A DNA stretch of 46,114 nt from Cyanophora paradoxa CCMP329 (taxonomy: Eukaryota > Plantae > Glaucophyta), in NCBI GenBank assembly GCA_004431415.1, contig QPMI01000302.1, positions 1-46,114 of the forward strand. Direction: 5' to 3'. Positions 10,682-22,010 of this stretch are shown here, in pieces. The translations under genes and the position numbers were made by a program. Below the pieces are notes generated by a model that searched no databases, had not been told where the DNA came from, and saw only the letters and a list, made by a program, of their open reading frames with translations. Positions within the stretch are counted from its first letter, which is position 1, and each line of letters begins with the position of its first letter.

Positions 10682-11890
10682 ATGGTGCTCCGCTCCCTGC
10701 GCCGCCTCACAACCGCTTCCCTGTGATCTATGTTGTCGCCTCTGACGCGCGGCTGCTCCGCAGGGCCGAACCGGTGAGATGGAATGCGCCGGCAGCTGGG
10801 CGTGAGCTAACGCTTGTTTCTTGTGTTGCCATAGACGGAGGCATCTCGACCGCCCATGCGAAGCTGCTCGCTTTGGCGCGGGTGCGCCCTTTGTGGGTGC
10901 CGTTAGTTGGAAAGCGCGCGCCCGCAAGGACCGGCTGACCTGCGCCGCCAGCATCGCGCGTACGATGCGGCAGACGAGCCGGAGCTGGATCTCAGCAGCC
11001 GCATAGACGGTGATGTCCTCGCCGGTGAGCCAAACCAAAACGGCAGCGGCGCCATTCGACGCGGTGCGCAGCGGAGGACGACGCGGTGCTCGCGCTCATG
11101 CGGAACGAGGTCGCGCGGGTCCGATCGACCCGCCGCCGACACGCCGCGCGGGGGCGCGTCGGCCCACGCGGCCCGGGGCGTGCAGATGCGGGCGACGAAG
11201 CAGGAGGAGGAGGCGAAGGAGGAGCGCCTCGACGACGAGCTGCAGGCCGCCGACGAGGACGGCGAGGGCGGTGCGCCGCCTCGCCTCCCCCGCCCCCGCC
11301 CCCTGCCGCCTGCCCCGCCTCACCTCCCGAGGGCAGCGGAGGGGGCCCCCTCGAGCTGCCCGTACCGGCAGAGCTTCGAGCGCGTCCAGAGCCTCGTCAA
11401 CAAGACCGGCAACGGAGTGCGAGAGGGCGCGGCGCCCCGTTCTGCTTCAGGCGGCCTCAGCGGGGCGCAGGGGACGGGCCCGGGGGACAAGCTCGCCTTC
11501 TACGAGGCCCTGATGGCCATGTCCGGCGTGCGCTTGTGGCCCAGCGGTCGGCGGGGGCGGCGGGTGCGGGGCGGGGGGCGAGGGGCGGGGAGGGTGGCTC
11601 GCAGAGGCAGGAGGCGGAGGAGGAGGGGGAGGGGCGGGCGATGGCGGAGTTCCTCGCCGAGGCCGACAGCGACGCCGCCCTCGCCGGTGCCCCGCACCCC
11701 GAGCCCCGCCCCCCGCCCCCGCCCCCGCTGACGCGCCGGGCCGGCAGAGGCCTGCGGGCCGGCGCGGCGACGGCGGAGGAGGCCGGGCTGTACGAGGCGG
11801 GCGCCCCCCGCCGGCCCCGCCGCGCGCTGCGGGGGCGCTCACGCGGGGCGGCAGGCGGAGGCGGAGGAGCTCGACGCCTTCGACGCGTGA
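10682..11890 (+). CDS. Hypothetical acidic protein, multi-exon
   Basis: A consistent frame is obtained with ATG|intron 10685-10763, a 10-nt exon 10764-10773, and further short introns: MGRTDGGISTAHAKLLALARHRAYDAADEPELDL...MRATKQEEEAKEERLDDELQ...CPYRQSFERVQSLVNK...DKLAFYEALMAMSG. No family recognised. Confidence 0.6.
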
Positions 11891-12329
11891 GCGGCCCCCG
11901 GCCCCGGCGCCGCACGGACCGGGAGAGCGCAGGGCCACGAGAGCCGAGAGCTAGAGGCTTGCATCGGAATGTGATCTTGATCATAATTACACGCATGTCT
12001 GCTCAAACGAATTAACATACAGTCGGAATTCGTCGTGAATATACATCATGATGAAAGCGACTGGCAACGAGGAAAGAAACTTCGAAAGAAACAAGTCAGA
12101 AGTGAAGATCTAGAGAGGAGGGAGGGACGCCTCCACTGGGCCAGCAGCAGCACCTCATGATCAGGGCCGGCGCGGGGCCCTCAGGGCCCTCCAGGCCACC
12201 TACAACTCGAGCGCGGCTTTCAAGTTTTGCCGCCGCCCCCGCCCGCGCTGCGCATGCCTCGCAATGCGACAGCCTCGAATTCTAGCTGCACGTGAAATGG
12301 CTCCGGATCCTGTAGCTGACCATGGATGG

Positions 12330-15194
12330 CTACTTGTGGGACTTCTCGAAGTCACGCATGGCCTTCATTGCGGCCTCGCCGACAGCGCGCATCGCCGCGG
12401 CCCGCTCCAGGTCCTCCTCCAGCTCTCGCACCCGCCCCCGCAGCCGCTCCGCCTCCCCCTCCGCCCCCGCCGCCCGCCTCTCGGCAGCCATCGCCCGCGC
12501 CTCCGTCACCTCCACTGCCGCTCTCGCCGCCTCCTCGGCCGCCGCTGCCCGCGCCTCTGCTGCTGCTGCCCGTGTCTCGGCATCGCGCTGCCTCTGCTCC
12601 GCCGCTGATGCCCGCTGCTCCGCCTGCTGCAGCTGCGGGCGCAATCTCGCATGTGTCTCCTCCCCAAACAGCCGCCGGAAGTGCTCAAGCGCCTCCGCCG
12701 CTGTCCGCGGGGGCTCCGACCCGCGGCTGCCCCCAGCCGTTGTCCCGGCCTCCGGCTCGCGATCGTCCATGGCTGGAGCCTCCGCTGAAGCGAGCCGCTG
12801 CTCCGAGGGGCCGGCCCCGCATTCGGCTGCCGCTGGCCATGGCCCGAAACCGCTGGGGCTCACAGACGCCGGCGGAAGGGAGGGTGCCGGTGCCGGCGGG
12901 GGGTTGCGTGGGCTGGGCTTCTTGTCAGCCGCGGGCCCCGCGCTGCGCTTCGCCGTCTCCGCGCTCCCCGCCGCGAGATCGAGGGCCTTCTTTTCCGCCT
13001 TCAGAGGGCCCAGGGCAGGGCGCTTGGCCGACTCGAGCTCGAGCTCCGCCGGCCGCTTCTCGGCCTTGAGCTTCGGCTGGAGGTGGGACCGGGCGCCCGT
13101 GCACGCGGCCGCGGACGCCGAGGAGGAGGAGGCGGCAGGGCTCTGTCACAGCGCCGGCGCGGTGAGCGAGGGGGACGCGAGCTGGCGGGGGGCATGGAGG
13201 GCGTACCGGGGGCCGGGGGACGAGGGAGAGGGCGCGCACGGACCAGTCCTCGCACGAGGCGAAGATGGTGCGGCCGTCCTGCCGGCGCGGGGGCCGCTGA
13301 GCGAGGGAGGATGGGGAGCCTCGGGGCGGGGGCCGGGGGGGCGCACGGCGGTGAGGGCGAGGCCGTGGACGCCCTTTGCCTCCTCGAGGAAGAACTTCTC
13401 GACGAGGGTGCAGGGCGGGGCCGAGCTCGAGCTGCTCCCGGCACCCGACGCCGGCAGCGTGCAGACGTGCACGACGGCGTCGAAGCCGTGGTCAGTCGGC
13501 TTCTTGCTGTTGACCTCGACGTCGCTGCCCACCACGAAGCCGCTCCCGTCCTGCGTGCCTTCACGTTAGAGATTTCAAACAAGTGCAGGATCCGGATATA
13601 CGGATTTAAGCGCACGGGGAAGAGCTTGATGACGCGGACAGGGAGGGGCTTGGTGTTGAAGTTTTGATCTGGCTCGCCGACGCACTCGAAGAGATACTCG
13701 CCGACGAGCGCGAGGGCCACCTGGCCGGCCGCCTCCGCCGCCCCGGGGGGGATGCGATAGACCCAGGCCTTCCCCTCGCCGCTCCCGAAGGCGACCACGT
13801 CCTGTCCGAGCATCAGATCCACACAGCCAAGGCTCTAAAGCTCGAATTCGAATCTAGAGCAGACGCGGACCTGGGCGAAGGAGATGGAGTGGACGCCGTA
13901 GATTGAGCGGGCGCCTTCGGACTTGCGGTCGAGGCTCTCGGTGTAGACACTGGCGACTTGGGCGACGAGGGCGTCGGCGAGGTCGCCCGCCCGCAGCTCC
14001 GTCCGGAAGAGTAGCACGAAGGTGCGCTTCCGCTGCTCGTTGAAGACGGCCACCGCGACGAGCTTCGCGTCCTGCCCCGCGCCCCGCCATGATCATGAGG
14101 GACTCACGTAATTCCTATAGCGCATGCACGCGCACGCACGGGGGACAGGGCGACGGCGCTGACTGGCCCAGTCCACTCATCCGGCAGCCTCACGTGCAGG
14201 ACCTCGCCGCGGGATGCAGCAGGCGCGTTGGGAGGGACGTGCGGATTAAGACCTCCGATGAACGCGTAGGGTTCGAATTGCCGTTGGCCAATGATCTTCC
14301 AGATGTCGGTCGTGCCATTCGCGCCTCCCGCCACGATGACCGCCCCGTCCTGCGCATGTGCACCAGGATGCAGGATTCAAAACGCTTGCAAAGTGATCAA
14401 CATTAATACGAATGTTGGACCTTTGAGATTGCGACGGAGGAAACGTAGAAAATGCCCTGCATGAGCTCCTGGATGGGTCTCGGCTGCGCGGCATTCGATC
14501 TCGCGGACCATACTCCGACTGCGCCGTCCGCGCCAGCGCTGGCGATGAGGTGGTCTGCCTCGGACTGCCCCTGATGGACGTTCACTGGATCCTGCGCGCG
14601 CGCAGGAAGCCCGTCGCGTCAGTCGTCGCTCACTCGAAACCAAGGACTGCGAGAGCAGCTAGCTATAGCTATAGCTAGTAGCTATAGAAATGCGCAAGCA
14701 CGGACCTCCGTCATGTCCATCGACCAGACGCCGGACGTGCATGTGCCGTTCCCGTGGTACACAGCGACCCAGCGCTGTGCAAATCCGGCAGCTGCAGCCG
14801 GCGCCCCCGGCGCTAAAACTTTCGAGTACAGGTTGACGAGAGCGTCGTCGCCTCCAAATGCCACAATGTCCCCGTTCTGCGCGCGCATCCGGAAATCCTT
14901 TCGTTAGGTCACGGCCGCGGGCCCCGGCCGCGGCGCCCGCGCGCGGCACTCGAGCTCGAAAGCGCGCAGCTAGCGCTGCGGCCGCGCGCGCGCGACCACG
15001 GGCTGGGGACTCTGGGATATCGATCCGGAAATTAAAGAGCTCGCGCTTCGCACCATCGAGCAGGCGACTCCCCGCATAGTTTGCGATCGTCCGCTTCGAG
15101 AAGCTGGCGGACGAACGTAAAAGCGGTCGGCCTGGGCGGCCTGCGCGTTCCAGGCGACAGCCATATGCATCGCCATTTCGTCAGATCTGGCCAT
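12330..15194 (-). CDS. WD40/beta-propeller protein with C-terminal coiled coil, multi-exon
   Basis: WD-like segments DIVAFGGDDALVNLY, HLIASAGADGAVGVW, IVAGGANGTTDIW, VVAFGSGEGKAWVY; terminal exon AEQRASAAEQRQRDAETRAAAAEAR...RELEEDLER. Start codon uncertain. Confidence 0.65.
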
Positions 15195-15435
15195 GGGGCT
15201 CGGCGATCAGCTTTCGAGTTCTAGATCTACTCGAATGAAAAACTCACATCTCAGTTATACGCGTGCCTCAGAGGGCGTGTCGGCGCTCGCCTCAATGTGC
15301 AGGAACGCGACGAGCTGCGAGTTCGCGTTCACCTAGGCCTGCGCCTCGGAGCTCGACTTGATGAAACCTGGCGCATGACGAGGGGTAAAGATCTGAATGT
15401 GCAATGCGAGTTTTCCAGTGGGATAATGCTCAGAA

Positions 15436-15486
15436 CGTGCGCCTAGATGACATGCATTCGCGTGCGCCTAGATGACATGCATTCGC
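15436..15486. repeat. Perfect 25-bp direct tandem duplication
   Basis: cgtgcgcctagatgacatgcattcg x2 (15436-15460 and 15461-15485). Confidence 0.95.
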
Positions 15487-16326
15487 CTCGTGCTCACCTT
15501 CGCCCTTCAGTTTCAAATCGTTGCAAAACGCAACAATAGCCGGCTTTTGAGCGCGCCGGGTCGTCCGATGTGCTGCAGCGGCTGCACGAAGGCTGGGTAT
15601 TCTCGTCTTGTCGTACCCCCCCGAAACCGCGGGATTCGCGGCGGAAACTTGGCAGTTATATCGATCTGCCGCAGGAAGTATGAAGATGCAGCTTGGCAAG
15701 TACATGCAAAGCGCACCGACCTCGCCGCAAGCGCTAGTGGCAGCGGGGCCTGGCCCGCCCGGGTCGCCCGAGCGCGAATCCGCCGCGGCGACCAGCGATG
15801 CCGACATGTACTCCCAGCACACGGGAGCCGGCTCCGACGCGGAGGAGCGCGAGCGGGGCCGCCAGCTCGAAGAGTGGGAGCGGTCGACAACGGCGGCCCA
15901 GATCGCCGAACGGCCCTGATGCAGACTCCGCGTGGTTTGCGAGGCCCGCGGCCGCCGCGCGTCCCGCTCCGGCTCCCGCCGCACACGTTCTCTTCTCTTC
16001 GCCGCATGCGCACGGCGCCGCCTACGGCCTGAGCAGGCGCCAGCGGAAGCGGCTGCGGAGAGAGCAGGCGGCGTACTAGCAGTCTCACGCAAAGCAGCCG
16101 CGTGCGCGCCCCGCCCTTTCCCCTGCCACGCCCCCCGCCTGAGCGCCCGGGCCCCGCCGACGCTGCTCCGCCGCAGGCGTCTCGGCGTCCACGCACCACG
16201 CGCCGGCGCGCCACGCGCGCGCGCGCCGGCGCCTGGCCACAGAGCACACGGGCGAAGATCGCACGAGCCACAGCATCGGGGGCAACCCGACGCGGGGCGC
16301 CACGCGGCTAGCAGCTCTGCCAGCGG

Positions 16327-18129
16327 ATGCGCTGGCCCCGTCCCGCCCCGCCCTGTCCCTGCGGGGCCCCGCCGGGCCCGCCCTTCGCCTTTGGGCGGCT
16401 GCCGCCGGAGCTGCTGTCGCGCGTCCTGCAGCTCGCCGGCCCGGGGCCGCCTGGGGCCTCCGGCGCGTCGCCCGCGCCTGGCGCGCCGCCTTCGCCGGGG
16501 TCGCCTGGGAGCCGTCGGACCCCTTCCCCGTCCGCCTCCGCTCGGCCGCCGCGGCGCGCGCCGCCGCAGAGGCCGCCGCCGCGGGGCGGCTGCCGGTGCG
16601 GGGCGCCGTGCTGGCGGCGGCGGGCGGCGGCCTCTGCGCGGAGGAGGGAGCACCTGCCGGCCCTCGCGGCCTTGGCGGCAGCGCCGGGCGGGGCGTGGGA
16701 GCTCGCGGAGGCGCGCGTGGAGTGCGCCGTGCCCGCCGCCGCCCTTTCTTCGCACCTCCTCGCCACGCTAGAGGCCCTGCGGCCCGCCGCCCCGCGCCTC
16801 GCCCGCCTCTCCCTCGCCGCCGCCCTCCGCCCCGCCCCGCACGGCCACGGCATCGGCCCCGTACCCCTGCTGCCCCCGGAGCGCCTGGGGCCCCTGCTGG
16901 AGCCCTTCGCGGCCCTGGAGTCCCTGCAGCTCCCGCCCCGCCTCGCCGTACCCCCCAGCCTCGCGGAGTGCATCGCCGCCTGCTGCCCGCGCCTGCGCCG
17001 GGCGGCCCTCGCCCTCGCCCCCGCCGACCTGCCGGCCCTCTCCGCGCTGCCCCTCGAGTGCTTCGCCCTCTACGCCGAGCAGCCCCGCGTGGCGCGCGCA
17101 CCCTCCCTCGCACGCCCTTGCTCCAGGCGGCCCCGCCTCCTGACCCCCGCCCAGCTCGCAGAGAGCGTCGGGACGTTCCCCTCCCTGCGATCCCTCCACC
17201 TCCTCCCGCCCCCCGACGACCCCGCCGCCCACTGCCCGCTCTGCGCCTCGGGCCCCGCCCTGCGCTCCCTCCCCGCGAGCTTCCCCCGCCTCGCCCGCCT
17301 GGACGCCCTCCTGCAGGCCCGCCGGCCCCCGCCCCGCGCCCCGCGCCCCGCGCCCCTCCTCCCGCGGGCTGACGTCGCAGGCGGCCTCAGATCGAGGAGG
17401 GGGCGAGCGGCGAGGAGGTGGCGGCCCTCGCGGCCCTCCCCCGCCTCACCGCCCTCCGCCTGCGCCTCGCCGCCTGGGGCCCCGCCCGCGCCCCCACCCG
17501 CGCCCTCCGCTCCCTCCGCGAGGCCGGCGCCCTCGCCGCGATCGACCTCCACTGCCCGCCCGTCCTCAGTGCCCCCCCGTCCCCGCGCCTGCCCTGGCCG
17601 ACATGCTCTGAGCCGCCGGCGCCGCCCCGCGCGCGCAGCGGAGGAGGAGGCGGCGTCCTTCAAGGCTTTGCGGGGCTCCTCGCCGGCTGCGGGCCGCCCT
17701 CGCCGCCCTCGACGACGAGCTCGCCCCCGGCGGCGCGTCCGTCGAGGCCGCCCTCGAGGCCCTCGCCCGCGCCGCCGCCGGCGCCCGCCGCCTCCGCCCC
17801 CTGCGCCTCGCCGCGCTGGCGCCGACGGACACGGACGAGGGGCTCGAGGCGTGGGGCGCCCTCGCGGACCTCGCGCCCCTGGGCCGCCGCCTCGAGCTGC
17901 GCGTCACCCTCGTCAGCCCGCAGCGCTACGAGCGCCGCGACTGGCACCACTACGCCGACGGCCGCCGCCAGTCCCCCATCGAGGAGGAGTACCGCAGGCG
18001 CGCCCCGCGCCCTCTCCACGGCCCGCCCCGTCTTCTCTAACGGGGCGGGCCTGCACGCGCAGCTACCTCCCCGCGCTGGTGCCGGCCGCCGCCGTCCGCT
18101 TCGAGACTGAGTACTCCGAGTTCTGGTGA
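16327..18129 (+). CDS. F-box-like / leucine-rich repeat protein, multi-exon
   Basis: FGRLPPELLSRVLQLA (F-box-like start), then LRR-like CPRLRRAAL, FPSLRSLHL, FPRLARLDA, LPRLTALRLRL; ends AVRFETEYSEFW*. Probable indels internally. Confidence 0.6.
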   Translation: MRWPRPAPPCPCGAPPGPPFAFGRLPPELLSRVLQLAGPGPPGASGASPAPGAPPSPGSPGSRRTPSPSASARPPRRAPPQRPPPRGGCRCGAPCWRRRAAASARRREHLPALAALAAAPGGAWELAEARVECAVPAAALSSHLLATLEALRPAAPRLARLSLAAALRPAPHGHGIGPVPLLPPERLGPLLEPFAALESLQLPPRLAVPPSLAECIAACCPRLRRAALALAPADLPALSALPLECFALYAEQPRVARAPSLARPCSRRPRLLTPAQLAESVGTFPSLRSLHLLPPPDDPAAHCPLCASGPALRSLPASFPRLARLDALLQARRPPPRAPRPAPLLPRADVAGGLRSRRGRAARRWRPSRPSPASPPSACASPPGAPPAPPPAPSAPSARPAPSPRSTSTARPSSVPPRPRACPGRHALSRRRRPARAAEEEAASFKALRGSSPAAGRPRRPRRRARPRRRVRRGRPRGPRPRRRRRPPPPPPAPRRAGADGHGRGARGVGRPRGPRAPGPPPRAARHPRQPAALRAPRLAPLRRRPPPVPHRGGVPQARPAPSPRPAPSSLTGRACTRSYLPALVPAAAVRFETEYSEFW

Positions 18130-18550
18130 TCGATTCCCTGCAGCTGCCGGCGCCCCATAAAGTTCTAGGGGCACTGTAGCAGATCCAGCCATATGCATAC
18201 ACATGCAGGGCTCGCGAACGCCCGGCGGCGGCCCCTGGGGCCCTGCGCATGCGCGCCCCTTTTAGCTTCGACTCACATTCTCGTGAGGGGCTTCAATTTG
18301 TTTAGTATTGGCACTATGCTACTATGGTACTCGATTAATAGAATCAAATAGCTGATCATGTCCCAAACTGGAACCAAGTGCAAAGCAGCACGCCGGGAAA
18401 ATCACATAACGCTGAACACGTCGAGAATAACGCAAGCCCTTAATGTGACACACCACTGGCGATGGCAATGGCAGAAGCCGGATAAGCGGAAATGGAAACT
18501 CCTGGGCTCGCGGGGGGCGCGGCGCGGGGCCGGGGCCGGGGCTCAGGCGG

Positions 18551-20026
18551 CTAGTTGATGAGGATGGAGCCGCCGTGGAGGGTGATCGAGGCGCCGGCCT
18601 CGACGCTCACGAGGGCCGTCGGCGCCGCCTCCAGCGCCCCCGCAGCGCACACGTCCTGCCCCCGCCTCAGCCCCCGAGTTGCGCGCGGCAGGCCACGCGG
18701 CGGAGCTCGGGCGGACGGCGCCGGGGCCCGCCGCGTAGAACTGGGCGGTGACGCCGGAGGCGGCGGTGTCGGCGAAGGGCGCCCCGTCCACGTCGTTCGC
18801 GAGGCCGGCCGCCCCCAGCGAGACCCCCGTCGGGCCCTCCGTCAGCGGCGCTGCCCGCCCCGGCCCGCGTCGTCCTCGCCCCCGGAGCGGCGCTGTGCGG
18901 GCGGGCGGGCGGGGCGGACCGCTGATGCGGAGGCCCGGGAAGAGGGAAATGCTAGCGGGGCGCACGCGCCAGCGGCGCGCCTGCGCGATCTGACTCGCCG
19001 ACCGCGCGTAGTTCCAGACGCGGACCTGCGGCCGGCGGGGCGGGCGGGGTCGGGCTCGGCTGCGTGCTCGAAACCGCAGCGCGCGCGGGGCGGCGCAGGG
19101 GCGCGCCTCGGCGATGCCGACGATCTGGCCCGTGGCGCCGGCGGGGTGGACGTTGAAGCGGAAGCCCGGGCTCGCGAAGCCGCTGGCGGCGGGGAGGGTC
19201 CACGAGGAAGTCACGTCCGCCAGCGCCGCCCCGTTCGCGTAGATCAGGATGCGCGCGCGGCTCGTCCCGTCCTTGGACGACGTCAGCACGAACGCGTAGT
19301 GGTTCCACTCTGCGCGGCCGCCTTATCAGAGCCTAGCGGGGCCGGCTGCTGCAGCTGCGGCATGCACAGGGTGGCGGGGAGCTGGCGGGCCGGGCTGGGA
19401 GCGGCGCACGGGTGACCTGCGAGCTCGGGAGGCTCGTGAAGAGCGTATCGGAGGCTGCGACCGCTGGGCTCGAGCCGTCTGCCCAGCTGCAGTAGAAGGT
19501 GACCGGGTCCCCGCTGATTACTGCGCGCGCGCACGCGTACGCTCAGCCCGCCGTGAGATAACCCCCGACAGGGCACGGCGCGCACTCGAGCACGCAATGG
19601 AAGGATAGGTTGATTCGCATATTTCCACCATCGGCACGTAGCCTGCGGGAGGGCTGTCCAAACGCGCCTGCGGGTCTCCTCCATCGCTGAAATTCGAGGC
19701 GGGATGCGCTAAGGCGGCGCACCCAGTACTCGATCGTGACATCCTGGTTCGCGGTCCAGACGAGCTTCGAGGCTTCAGCTAGCGAGAGAGGCAGCGTGAA
19801 CTGCTGGCGGGTCAGAAAGGGCGAGGAATGCCAGCGAGCGCCGAAGCAGCGGCACCTCGAAAGCAGAGGTGGAAGTCGGCCGGAGCTCAACACACCCTTG
19901 AGCGGAGCCGGACGCAACGACGAGCGCCAGCACGAGCAGGATCCGGAGCGCTGCGAGCTGCACCCGTACGCGGGCCTCCGGGCTCTCTGCGGTGCTTCCT
20001 GGAGCCCGGAGCCGTATGCTCTCCAT
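18551..20026 (-). CDS. Secreted concanavalin A-like/LamG-domain protein, multi-exon
   Basis: Hydrophobic signal LRILLVLALVVASGSAQG; LamG-like motifs DVTIEYW, EWNHYAFV, ILIYANG, IAEVRVWNYARSASQI. Confidence 0.75.
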
Positions 20027-20293
20027 GCCTGGGCTGCCAGGCTGGGCAGCGCGGGTGCTTCCAGCTGGCCCTGGGGACAAGGGGCTCCCAGCTGACGCTA
20101 TGCGCTCAAATCTGGGTCGCCGCTGGTTTTCTCCGTCGCCTGCCTCGGAATCTCGGTTAGCTATGCACTGTAACACGGCGCGGAGTCGCTGTGGAGTCAG
20201 TGTGGACGTCGGCCCGGGTACCTGAAGTCACCTCGCCAACTCCAACGGTTCGACTCCGCGCGGAGCCACTTCTCCTGCCCACCCCTGCTCGTC

Positions 20294-20917
20294 ATGGCGG
20301 CGCCCCTCTCGCCCCCGTCGAGCCCGCTCAACGTGCCGCCGGAGCTGGTGCCGCCAGTTCCCGGCATTCTTGATCGCTGGAAGGTGTTGGGGGCGAACCT
20401 GCGCGGCTTGGACAAGCGGCCGTTCCACCGCGAGGGTCTCCTGCGCCCTTGGACGCCGGAGGATGTCGACAAGTTCATCGCCGAGGACAAGCTCCACGGC
20501 CCTCAGGTTAGTACGGCCGTATCGCGACATCCACCCCGCTTTGGGACGCTCGCACGTTCCCACGTAGGGCATTAGCGCCGAGCTCAAGCGCACAGCGCGG
20601 ACCGGAGCGCCCATTCCGGCCCGCGTGCCGCTGACGCCATCCCGCTTATGCAGGTCCAGGCCATCCGAGACAGCCAGATGCTGATTGGAGGCGCCGGTGT
20701 GGGATTCGGAGGGTTCGTGTACGCGTACGGCGCGTATGCCTCCAGGAAGCCGCTCCTGGCGCTCCTTCCGGGCGCCGCCGCCTTCTGCGTGGGCCTTCTG
20801 GTCGGGGACAGCATCTCGCGGGTGACCTTGTTACGCGGCGTCGACCGCGCCCTTGCGGACCGTGCGTTCCAGCAATGGTGGAAGGCCGAGTACGACCGCC
20901 GCACCGCTGGCAAGTAG
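20294..20917 (+). CDS. Small two-TM protein resembling plant succinate dehydrogenase subunit 6 (SDH6)
   Basis: Two exons (intron 20507-20653 GT-AG). PWTPEDVDKFIAEDKLHGPQ, then two Gly-rich hydrophobic helices, then RAFQQWWK. This matches my recollection of the plant SDH6 pattern W...DV..FIA.D..HGP ... F..WW; not database-checked. Confidence 0.65.
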
Positions 20918-21422
20918 GGCCTTCCTGTACAAAATCCTTGAATTCAAGTTTCAACTTTCCCCGATCCTGTACAGTTCTGCAGTGACGCAGTATGCTCTCT
21001 AATCGACTTCTTCCATGACTGTGCTCTAGGCGCAGTCCCTTGAATGTTACTGTTAGCTCGAGGGGCCGCTAGAAGATTGAATTAGGCTTCAGCGCCGGGT
21101 GCACCATGCATATGACCGTCAGCGACCAGCTGCAGCAGCGGCCGGCCTGGCAAATTTGTCGAGCCGCGCAGTGGTGCGCCGCCACTGGGCGCCCGCCTCG
21201 CCAGTGAGTCGCCACCCGCGGCGCTCGGCCTGCAATTGCAAGCTTGCGCATGCGCACATCATCAACAGATCCATTCCTCAATTAACTGTGGTATACTAAC
21301 ACTGAAACACTATTCGATAACTGTTAACTGTGCATTTGACTGCAAGTCACTGGCCCCGGTGTTGGCGCGCGCGTCCGCTAGATGTGCGGATTCGGGAGAG
21401 GAGCAGACGGAGTGGGGAGGGC

Positions 21423-21871
21423 TCATAGTGATATCTGATGTTGCAACCGCTCCGTGATAGCTCCGAGAATGCCTCGGAACACGGGCGGGGAGGTGTCCTT
21501 GAGGCCCAAGGCGAGGAGCAGCGGTCGGTCCGTCTTCTTGCTGACAAGCGGAATGATTGCGCGCGCGTAGATGGCCGGCACAGGGTCGTCCGGCGCCCCC
21601 AGCAGAGTGCGCACTGAGAAGGTCTCCGCCCCCTCAATTGTCGTGTCCTTGTGCGCCTGAGCCTGCGGCGCGGACCGCGCACGTCACAAAAGCGCCGCAG
21701 CTAAGCGCGGACTACCTTGCGATGCGGCGGGCGCACCCAGGTCGCCCACTTCCCGATTTGGCTGATGCCGACAAAGACGCGGTCGGCAAAGTCGCTAATG
21801 ACCACCTCCGTGTGTGTGTCGTTTACCAGTAGCGCGAACTGGTGCAACCCTGGGCCGCCAGGACCGGGCAT
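21423..21871 (-). CDS. PSMG3: Proteasome assembly chaperone 3 (PAC3), two exons
   Basis: THTEVVISDFADRVFVGISQIGKWATW|AQAHKDTTIEGAETFSVRTLLGAPDDPVPAIYARAII...RPLLLALGLKD. Confidence 0.85.
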
Positions 21872-22010
21872 GGCTGCGTTATTCTCCCCCCGCTGCGAAC
21901 GAAGGAGGGGGTAGACGCCGAGGCAAGTCCAGCGCTTCCGGCTGCGGCGTTCTCCGCTGAGGCGCGGCCGCGGCGTTCTCCTGCACAAGCGCAGTATTGC
22001 CGGGTGCATC

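Noticed and set aside
10682-10726. MVLRSLRRLTTASL as a mitochondrial presequence
   Set aside because: That frame stops at 10726 and did not join the downstream exons in frame; ATG followed directly by an intron fits better.
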